The notes under the pieces are model-generated. The model ran no database searches. It worked only from the letters and a program-made list of their open reading frames with translations, and was not told the DNA's origin. Made by a program: the position numbers and the translations under genes. Positions 57,315-64,000 of a stretch of 64,000 nt of DNA are shown in pieces. Origin of the DNA: Candidatus Pacearchaeota archaeon (lineage in GTDB: Archaea > Nanobdellota > Nanobdellia > Pacearchaeales > GW2011-AR1); NCBI GenBank assembly GCA_002688015.1, contig NZBT01000006.1, positions 915 through 64,914 on the forward strand. Direction: 5' to 3'. Numbering within the stretch: position 1 is the stretch's first letter; each line of letters opens with the position of its first letter.

Positions 57315-57854
57315 ATGTTGGATTTGAATAGAAGAGGAGAGGGTAAAGGAAAAGTTGTTTTGGGAATTGTTGTAGTTTTATTGTTGATTGGAGGAATTTT
57401 TGCGTATTATATTTTTGGAAATTTTAATAGATCGGAAGGAAGCACGGGAAGGACATTGGAGAATCCTACTTCTAATTTGACTAACGAGGAAGCAGTTTTA
57501 AGATTTGATGAAAGTTTTGTAAGGTATTTATTGTATAGTATAGGGGCAAGCAGATTACACAATCCTCCTTTAAGTAAGAATAAACCTAAAGTAGAGTTTT
57601 ATATTGATGATGATATTTATTCCGCTGTTGTGGAGAAAGGAGTTATTAGTGTTGAACGGGGAGGAATTGAAGATGAGGATATTATTATTAGAACTTCTAC
57701 TTTAGAAGCTGTTAAGATGGTTAGAACTGGGAATTATATCTCCGAGAGTTTCTCTTCTGGAAAGAGTGAGATGGAACTTATTTCTGGAAAGATAGAGTTG
57801 GGATCGAAGGGATATCTAAAGATTTATAACTCTCTTACTGGAGAGAGTAGTTAA
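57315..57854 (+). CDS. Membrane-anchored protein with SCP2 (sterol carrier)-like C-terminal domain
   Basis: RRG plus TM; VEFYID..YSAVVEKGVISVERG..DEDIIIRTS..SFSSGK pattern. Confidence 0.6.
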   Translation: MLDLNRRGEGKGKVVLGIVVVLLLIGGIFAYYIFGNFNRSEGSTGRTLENPTSNLTNEEAVLRFDESFVRYLLYSIGASRLHNPPLSKNKPKVEFYIDDDIYSAVVEKGVISVERGGIEDEDIIIRTSTLEAVKMVRTGNYISESFSSGKSEMELISGKIELGSKGYLKIYNSLTGESS

Positions 57855-57950
57855 TGAACGAGGGAAATTTCTGGTGTATCTTTAAAGTAGGGTTTTGTTA
57901 CTGTTTAAGGTTACAAATATAGAGAAAGGTTTAAAAGTAAACATGGAGCA

Positions 57951-57968
57951 TGTAATATATAGGTTACA
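57951..57968. promoter_or_regulatory. Candidate operator TGTAA-N8-TTACA over the predicted TSS of the wHTH gene
   Basis: TATA tttaaaag 57930-57937; aggttacaa also occurs at 57908-57916. Confidence 0.55.
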
Positions 57969-57977
57969 ACATATAAG

Positions 57978-58253
57978 ATGGAAAAATCAAAAGAAAATTT
58001 CGACATATTTTTTAGAAGAAAACCGGCATTGATGTTGGTTGCTTTGAAGAGACTTTCAAGAGCAAGATATGGGAGTATTTTAGCAAAGGAAGTTGATTGT
58101 ACATACAGTCACGCTGTTAAGATTTTACAGAGCTTAGAGCGTTTGGGATTAGTAAACTTTGAAAAGAAAGGAAGAATAAAATTGATTAAGTTGACTAAGA
58201 GAGGACAAGAGATTGCAGATAATATTGAGAACATTAAGAAGGTTATAGGTTAG
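57978..58253 (+). CDS. Winged-helix (MarR-like) DNA-binding protein
   Basis: LAKEVDCTYSHAVKIL..LE..GLV...KKGR...LTKRG. Confidence 0.92.
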   Translation: MEKSKENFDIFFRRKPALMLVALKRLSRARYGSILAKEVDCTYSHAVKILQSLERLGLVNFEKKGRIKLIKLTKRGQEIADNIENIKKVIG

Positions 58254-58313
58254 AATTCTTGGACTTTGATTGGTTGTAAAGCTTTAAAAACAATATCTTT
58301 CTAAAACAATTAT

Positions 58314-58388
58314 GGCTTCGTAGCTCAGTCTGGTCAGAGCACTGGACTCTTAATCCAGGTGTCGCGGGTTCAAATCCCGTCGAGGCCA
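58314..58388 (+). tRNA. tRNA-Lys(CUU)
   Basis: Acceptor GGCTTCG/CGAGGCC; anticodon arm CTGGA-CT CTT AA-TCCAG. Confidence 0.97.
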
Positions 58389-58431
58389 TTCCGTCTTCCA
58401 CAGCGAGTACTCGAGTAAGAGAAGATCGGAA
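58389..58431 (+). repeat. tRNA-downstream palindromic hairpin element, copy 1
   Basis: Core cacagcgagtactcgagtaagag; outer arms ttccgtcttc / gaagatcggaa. Confidence 0.85.
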
Positions 58432-58516
58432 TAAATATTCTGGAGAAGAGAAGAATTTTTAGGAGAGAAAGGAAATTTGATTTTTGCTGGGAGTTAACGG
58501 TAATGGTTTCCAGGAG

Positions 58517-58789
58517 TTAACGGTAAACACGCCAGGTGTGGTTACATTTAGTACATTTGTAGAATTTTGTTTCTGATTCGTCAGCCGCACGAGTTTGTTT
58601 TGTCCAAAAGTATGCTTTTTTGTTTTTGCATTTTGTACATTTTATTTCTACTATGGGATGAGTTTCTTGAGCTTTTTCGTTTATAACTGCTACTGCATCA
58701 TGCCTTTTTATTTTTTCAGATACAATTACTTTTTTCTTTCCTGGTTTGGGCAGTTTTATACTTCCGTCTCGATTAAATTCTAGGGCCAT
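58517..58789 (-). CDS. tfs: Transcription factor S (TFS/RpoM-like), N-terminal Zn ribbon degenerate
   Basis: CTKC..QTRAADESETKFYKCTKCNHTWR. Confidence 0.92.
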   Translation of the reverse strand: MALEFNRDGSIKLPKPGKKKVIVSEKIKRHDAVAVINEKAQETHPIVEIKCTKCKNKKAYFWTKQTRAADESETKFYKCTKCNHTWRVYR

Positions 58790-58856
58790 TTTACCTCTTC
58801 ATGATTAGCTTTTTTAAATGTATTGGAAGTATATATACCTTTTCTTGGAGTTAGGA

Positions 58857-59420
58857 TTAGGAACAGAATCCACGTTGGCTGGGAGATCTGAAAGGTTCAA
58901 AGAAGATTAACTTTACCCATCCAACTAGGGGGATTCTTACAGAGGATTTTCCTAAGACATTTGATTCAGAGATAGATTTTTCTATAGGGAGTTGAGCAAG
59001 GTTATTGTCTCCTTTTGTTGCTATTGGATCTAGAGAGATCACACGGTGTATTAGAGGATGTCTTGCATCTGCATTGAAGACCATTATGTCTCCTATTTCT
59101 GGAAATTTATGGTTTGTTAAGAGAATTATGTCTCCTTTGTTTAATCCATTTTTGAAGGGAAATTTGGAGAAATTTTCAGGAGAAATAGATTTCGATTCGT
59201 AATATGCTTCATTTTGTTCAATCCAAGAATCAAAGTTTGTAGAGTGATACATTGAGCATGATTCTATTACTACTAAAGGTAATGGGGAATTGGTTGCAAA
59301 ACCTAGGACAGGGAAGAAAATGATTTTAATAAATATTATAATCAATATTAAGGAGACAAGCCAAGATTGCCATGAATCTTGTTTCAGAAAGTTGTAAATT
59401 TTTTTTAAGTGGTTTTCCAT
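58857..59420 (-). CDS. sec11: Signal peptidase I, archaeal Sec11 type
   Basis: VVIESCSM, GDII, LIHRV, TKGDNN, IPLVGW. Confidence 0.92.
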   Translation of the reverse strand: MENHLKKIYNFLKQDSWQSWLVSLILIIIFIKIIFFPVLGFATNSPLPLVVIESCSMYHSTNFDSWIEQNEAYYESKSISPENFSKFPFKNGLNKGDIILLTNHKFPEIGDIMVFNADARHPLIHRVISLDPIATKGDNNLAQLPIEKSISESNVLGKSSVRIPLVGWVKLIFFEPFRSPSQRGFCS

Positions 59421-59533
59421 TATTGAAAGAGAAGAAATGGGTTTTTAATTGTTAGGATTGAATGATGCAAATGATTTTAAAGTTTAATCCTTTGTTTTTC
59501 GGATGATAAATTGGAGTTTTAGAGTTAAACAAA

Positions 59534-59704
59534 ATGGCTGATCGAAGGATGGGAAAGGTTTTTATTTCATCTGAATCAGGCCATCTTTCTACTACTGAGA
59601 AGACAAGGAGGACAGATTTTGAAGAAGATGAAGAGTTAATTAAAAGGACAAGGAGTGATAAAAGACTTCTGAGACATTATCAAAATTATGGGGTCAAGAA
59701 TTGA
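59534..59704 (+). CDS. Small hypothetical protein (56 aa), not in track
   Basis: MADRRMGKVFISSESGHLSTTEKTRRTDFEEDEELIKRTRSDKRLLRHYQNYGVKN; coding-like purine bias. Confidence 0.5.
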   Translation: MADRRMGKVFISSESGHLSTTEKTRRTDFEEDEELIKRTRSDKRLLRHYQNYGVKN

Positions 59705-59771
59705 GCATGTCTTTTAAAGAGTATTTAACGCGGATGGATGTTTCTTTTTAATCTATTACAATGGAGAATGA

Positions 59772-59816
59772 TTTCTGATTCACTCTTGCTCGAGTACTCG
59801 CTGTGAAGAACGAAGA
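59772..59816 (-). repeat. tRNA-downstream palindromic hairpin element, copy 2
   Basis: Minus strand reads tcttcgttcttcacagcgagtactcgagcaagagtgaatcagaa; core 22/23 identical to copy 1. Confidence 0.85.
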
Positions 59817-59888
59817 TGCGCCGACCGGGAATCGAACCCGGATCGTAACCTTGGGAAGGTCAAATCATAACCATTAGACCATCAGCGC
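59817..59888 (-). tRNA. tRNA-Gly(CCC)
   Basis: Acceptor GCGCTGA/TCGGCGC plus A73; anticodon arm TGACC-TT CCC AA-GGTTA. Confidence 0.95.
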
Positions 59889-60286
59889 TTAACATTTCTA
59901 TATAGTACAAGCGCAGAGATTATAATCATTATGGTGTCAATAGCTATGCAAGAAAGACATATTGCTTTCAGGATAAAAAGTTGAACGTATATAAAATAGG
60001 GTGCGAAAATTGTTCCTAATATTGTTAAAGTTACAAATGATTGTTTTAATTTAGGGGATTTTTCTGAAGAGAGGAAGATTAGTAAGTATACTATGAAAGC
60101 AATTCCTCCAAGGAGAGAAACTTTTGCTCCAAAAAGAGTTGAATATTCTGAATGTCTTACAATGGAGCAACCTTGATCAAGAAGACAGATTTCGGACATT
60201 GTTAGATCTTCATAATAGGAATATCCAGATAGTGCTATGTTAATTAGGATTAAAATGAGAATTATTGATTTTATCTTGATTTTCAT
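59882..60286 (-). CDS. VKOR family disulfide-bond formation protein
   Basis: CLLDQGC..V..SEYS..FG, YFIYVQLFILKAICLSC (CxxC); 4 TMs. Confidence 0.93.
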   Translation of the reverse strand: MKIKIKSIILILILINIALSGYSYYEDLTMSEICLLDQGCSIVRHSEYSTLFGAKVSLLGGIAFIVYLLIFLSSEKSPKLKQSFVTLTILGTIFAPYFIYVQLFILKAICLSCIAIDTIMIIISALVLYRNVKR

Positions 60287-60339
60287 TGTTTTATTTTAGA
60301 AGATAAGCTTTATAAAAGCATTTGTTTAAATTTCAGTAT

Positions 60340-60413
60340 GATCTCGTAGCTCAGCCTGGTAGAGCGCTGCTCTGATAAGGCAGAGGCCCTGGGTTCAAAT
60401 CCCAGCGAGATCA
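60340..60413 (+). tRNA. tRNA-Ile(GAU)
   Basis: Acceptor GATCTCG/CGAGATC; anticodon arm CTGCT-CT GAT AA-GGCAG. Confidence 0.97.
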
Positions 60414-60467
60414 TTTATTTTTTTTCAGTATAATTATATTTTTATACTTATTATTTGATGTTTTAAG

Positions 60468-60827
60468 ATGCCAGAATATGATGAAGAAAATCTAGTGTAT
60501 AGAAGTCCTGATGGAATGATAATTATACATAAAAATGAGGACGATTTAGGTGATATAGATAATGGGTATGGATATCGTGTTGCAATTGGGCAGGGTAAAT
60601 TTACTATTCCTTCTAGATGCTTGAATGATTTAGTAAAGAAAGAAAATGATACTAATTCTGTTATGGAAAGTTTAAATGCAATGACTAGTGGTTATGCAGG
60701 ACCTTTGTTAGAACATGAGTCTGTTGATCCAAAAGATATTCAGATAGCTTTGTTGCATGTAGGCATGATTGAACTTGATGAGCAACTTAAAAGTGCTATT
60801 GATGGTTTGGTAGAAGCGGGAGTGTAA
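60468..60827 (+). CDS. Hypothetical acidic protein
   Basis: 119-aa ORF downstream of tRNA-Ile. Confidence 0.7.
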   Translation: MPEYDEENLVYRSPDGMIIIHKNEDDLGDIDNGYGYRVAIGQGKFTIPSRCLNDLVKKENDTNSVMESLNAMTSGYAGPLLEHESVDPKDIQIALLHVGMIELDEQLKSAIDGLVEAGV

Positions 60828-60828
60828 T

Positions 60829-61533
60829 TCATTCTTCCGTTTGGAATTCTACGAGAAGTTTATCCTTAAGGAGAGAGAGGCGCTTTAGGGGAAGATTTAC
60901 GGGGAGAGAGTTTGTGTAAACTTTTTTATCTCCGATTGCCTTTACTTCATAACCCTCTTCGAGCTTTGCTATGAAAATATCTTCTATGGAATCAACACCA
61001 GGAGTTGCTAGCTCATAATTTAGAGAATTGTTCAATCTCTTTATAGAAGATTTTGCTTGTGCTTTTGGGAGAGCGGAAAGTTTTTTTATTTGTTCTTGAG
61101 TTGGGGCTTTTTCAAGTATTGATTTTTTCTTTGTTCCCTTGTTCTTTTGAGGGTTTTGTTGATTAGAGTTTGGCAATCCTATTTTTATTTTGATTCCATT
61201 AGGGAATGATTGAATTTCTGCGTTTTGCAAATCTTTTTGCATTTGTTTTTCAAATTGATTATATTCTTTGTCCATTGATTTGAATTGTTTGTCTAAAGAT
61301 TTCATTAGAGAATTTACCATTGAATTAATTATTTTATCTGTGATGCCGAAGCTTTCTTGATCTTCTAATGAGTCGTTTGGATTGGAATAATCATCTGTTC
61401 CTAAAAGGCCGTACGACTTTTGTTTTTTTTCAGAGTTTTGGGGGAAGCCGCAGTCAGGGCAATAGCTGACTTTATTTTCTATTTTAGAACTACAGTTCTT
61501 GCATTTTTTCTTGTTTTTCTTGTCGAAAATCAT
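60829..61533 (-). CDS. Zinc-ribbon protein with degenerate HSP20-like C-terminus
   Basis: CKNC..YCPDCG; YELATPGVDSIEDI....EVKAIGDKKVY. Confidence 0.75.
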   Translation of the reverse strand: MIFDKKNKKKCKNCSSKIENKVSYCPDCGFPQNSEKKQKSYGLLGTDDYSNPNDSLEDQESFGITDKIINSMVNSLMKSLDKQFKSMDKEYNQFEKQMQKDLQNAEIQSFPNGIKIKIGLPNSNQQNPQKNKGTKKKSILEKAPTQEQIKKLSALPKAQAKSSIKRLNNSLNYELATPGVDSIEDIFIAKLEEGYEVKAIGDKKVYTNSLPVNLPLKRLSLLKDKLLVEFQTEE

Positions 61534-61610
61534 TTTCTTATGTTGTATAGACTAAATTGAGTAGTTTTAAAGGTTTTTGTATCTTGCGTTTTCGATGTTA
61601 ACACTATGAG

Positions 61611-63014
61611 TTACTTTGTAACTCTTCTAAACCATGAGATTTCTGATTGGAATGATCTAATTGGATGAGCAATTTCAACATGCATGTGGGGGAGTTTTTC
61701 CATTTTATTAATCTCTTTTATTCTTGACAATATGGAGAGAGGAAGAATAAGTCTTAGTACTGCAGAGGCGGCAAAGACAAAAAAGAATGCATTTATTGGG
61801 ATAAATGATGGTGAGTACTTTACTAGGAAAGCTCCGATAAGCGCCCCTAGGAACATGCCGACCCCTATCATTACATGGGTGTATGAAATTCCTACTGCTC
61901 TATGTTGTTCTGAAAGAGAGTCATAAGTGAATTTTGTGAAAGCCATAAGGAATGCTGCGTTTGCTATTCCACTGATAAGTTGGGGGAAAATGATTAATAA
62001 TATTGGAGATTTTAGGAAAATCCAGAATAGAGGATAGGAAGCAAAGAGAATTGTTGATAGATAGAATAGTCTTATGTTGCCAAAACGGTCTGCAAACTTT
62101 CCAGCTAAAGGAGAGAGCGCTAGATAGAATACAGATGCAGACATTGCAACAACTATGAATGTTGTGTAAGAATAGTTTAGAGATTCAAGCATGTATACTG
62201 CAAAGAATGGAGAGGCAATCATTAAAGCAAAATGAAATAGAAATTGATAAATTGTGAATTTACTGTAATTTCCATTTTTAAATATGAAAGAGAAAAAGGA
62301 TAATTCAGGGTCTCTTTTTTGTTTGAATTTTGGAGAGTATTGTTTTTTGAATAACATTACAGAGACAATTCTAAATGTTGCTGCAAGAGCGAAGAGAATA
62401 GCGAATCCTATTAAAGCCAGACCCTTTGTTTTGAATATATCTAAAAAGAATGCGGAAATAACTGTCGCTGTTAGGCCAACAAAGCCTGCTATTTTCGTTC
62501 TCATTCCGAAATATCTTCCACGATCTTTGCCGGGGACAATATCTCCCATCCATGAAAACCATGCTGGATATGCCATTCCTCCGAATGCAACTAAGATTGC
62601 GTAGAGAACGATTAATGCATAGGGTAAGTAGGAAGCAAAGAATCCGTTAATGAATAGGAATGAAAGTGAGATAATTGGAATCCACATTAGAGCTTGGATT
62701 AATACAAAATTTATGACAAGTTTTTTTCTTGACTTTTGTTCAAGAAGTTTTGAGCCGTAGAGTTGTGAGAATGGGCCAACTAAACTTGCTAAAGAAGAGA
62801 GAAGACCTATTTGGAATGGAGTTGAATTTAGAGCAAGTGCAAAAGGAGTTATGTATGAACCTCCGAGGTTTAGAGAGATGTTTGAGAAGGCACCTTCCTT
62901 AATGCTAATGCCTAGGGCTTTTTGTTTTTCATGAACTTTTCTTAGAGAGGAAGCTTCAACATCTTTTTCTACGTAAGAAAGGTCAGATGATTTTTGAAAT
63001 AATTGGGGAAACAT
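61611..63014 (-). CDS. MFS transporter
   Basis: About 12 TMs; WMGDIVPGKDRGRYFG, GKFADRFGN. Confidence 0.93.
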   Translation of the reverse strand: MFPQLFQKSSDLSYVEKDVEASSLRKVHEKQKALGISIKEGAFSNISLNLGGSYITPFALALNSTPFQIGLLSSLASLVGPFSQLYGSKLLEQKSRKKLVINFVLIQALMWIPIISLSFLFINGFFASYLPYALIVLYAILVAFGGMAYPAWFSWMGDIVPGKDRGRYFGMRTKIAGFVGLTATVISAFFLDIFKTKGLALIGFAILFALAATFRIVSVMLFKKQYSPKFKQKRDPELSFFSFIFKNGNYSKFTIYQFLFHFALMIASPFFAVYMLESLNYSYTTFIVVAMSASVFYLALSPLAGKFADRFGNIRLFYLSTILFASYPLFWIFLKSPILLIIFPQLISGIANAAFLMAFTKFTYDSLSEQHRAVGISYTHVMIGVGMFLGALIGAFLVKYSPSFIPINAFFFVFAASAVLRLILPLSILSRIKEINKMEKLPHMHVEIAHPIRSFQSEISWFRRVTK

Positions 63015-63119
63015 TAGTTTATTAAGAGAATATGGATTAAAAAAGATTTGCTATTCAAATCTTTAACCATCGCTTAGTAAAGCATCAGGTAAAAAAGGTG
63101 TTGATTGGTTTTGTTGTGT

Positions 63120-63986
63120 TCAGGCTGGATTTGACTCAACGTCTGGCATATTTTCTTGAGGGATATCTATACTTCTTTGTGCTGAGTATTGAGGGGGTCG
63201 TAAACCAATTCTTTCTCTTGGAACTTCTAAGCTTGGATCTCTGAATGAAGTATATCCAACGTCTCCTAAATTGTCTAATCCTACCATTGTGACTTTTTCT
63301 CCAGAAGCTAGGAGAGTTCCGACTCTATGCATTATTGACTGAGAAAGAATTTGAGTTCCCCTGAATGTTATTCTGTAAGCTGCTCCAGATTTTGCGCCAT
63401 TGACAATTTTCCCACTTTTTAGTTTATCTCCAAGATGTTTTAAGTTTTCGGGAGATAATCCACTCTTTATTACTATTTCTGTTGCGCCTTCGTGATATGC
63501 TTGTCTTCCGAATTCAGGTTTATCTAAGAAGATAGTTATTAATCTTAGTTCTCTTTCTGAGTCTTCTGATCTTTCAGCTCTTGCTCTTAGTACATATGGT
63601 GTAAGGTGTTTGTCTGTTTTTCTTAATCCTATATCGAATGAAAATTCTGCGCAATTTTTTCTTTGTTTTAGTTCTTCTATTGCTTCATTGAATAGTTTAG
63701 TATCTTCTTCATTTAGGAAGTCTTCAAATTTTCTTCCTTTGAGAGAATCATAGTCATGTTGGAGATTTGCTCTTGCTTGTTTTGATAGGTTTAGAACTTT
63801 TACCATTTCTCCTTCAGGAGTTATTGCAACTGCTAAACTGTCTTTTTTCCTTCTTTGTTTGTTGGAGATTGCTTCTTCTATTGCACTTTTGTATGCAGAA
63901 CTAGCTAATGTTTCGAGAGCTTTCATTCTAGAGAATAATCCTTCAATCAGTTCTTGTTTGTCTGCGTTCTCATCAAAGGCTTCCAT
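63120..63986 (-). CDS. PAS-domain protein with possible STAS-like C-terminal region (may extend past the window)
   Basis: AVAITPEG...N....A..L.....LKGRKFEDFL..ED, LRKTD; no in-frame stop up to base 64000. Confidence 0.65.
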   Translation of the reverse strand: MEAFDENADKQELIEGLFSRMKALETLASSAYKSAIEEAISNKQRRKKDSLAVAITPEGEMVKVLNLSKQARANLQHDYDSLKGRKFEDFLNEEDTKLFNEAIEELKQRKNCAEFSFDIGLRKTDKHLTPYVLRARAERSEDSERELRLITIFLDKPEFGRQAYHEGATEIVIKSGLSPENLKHLGDKLKSGKIVNGAKSGAAYRITFRGTQILSQSIMHRVGTLLASGEKVTMVGLDNLGDVGYTSFRDPSLEVPRERIGLRPPQYSAQRSIDIPQENMPDVESNPA

Positions 63987-64000
63987 GTATCTGTCTTGAA

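Noticed and set aside
58389..59816. Palindromic repeats as CRISPR repeats or transposon TIRs
   Set aside because: Only two copies, inverted and 1.4 kb apart; no spacers, cas or transposase; the enclosed genes are mainly housekeeping.

Overview
Gene-dense, AT-rich chromosomal segment of a small-genome archaeon. TBP, archaeal-type ProRS/AspRS/ValRS, GatDE plus GatCAB, deoxyhypusine synthase, aIF2-beta, MCM, aRF1, NAC, L15e, Sec61-beta and TFS mark it as archaeal. The compaction, truncated enzymes and surface-protein families suggest a DPANN lineage, most likely Pacearchaeota-like (inference). The window holds about 70 protein genes and 5 intron-less tRNA genes (Arg-UCG, Asn-GUU, Lys-CUU, Gly-CCC, Ile-GAU). 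I found no rRNA, CRISPR array, integrase, transposase or reverse transcriptase. Many genes have an 8-nt TATA box exactly 21 nt before the ATG, implying leaderless mRNA, and I used this spacing to correct starts and find small ORFs. Most notable: (1) a 50-bp intergenic element present twice, each copy encoding a homologous 20-codon ORF whose stop overlaps the next start codon (ATGA), plus other short upstream ORFs, suggesting a ribosome-relay system; (2) a 50-aa KKKAx-repeat histone-H1-like protein missed by the ORF track; (3) a palindromic hairpin repeat directly behind two tRNA genes; (4) a tRNA-Gly whose 5' acceptor strand supplies the VKOR stop codon; (5) a 1527-aa surface protein with apparently nested domain insertions; (6) an M64-like protease coupled to a pilin gene; (7) a membrane-anchored SCP2-like protein; (8) an acylphosphatase-UppS fusion. 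All family calls come from motif recognition by eye, not database searches.
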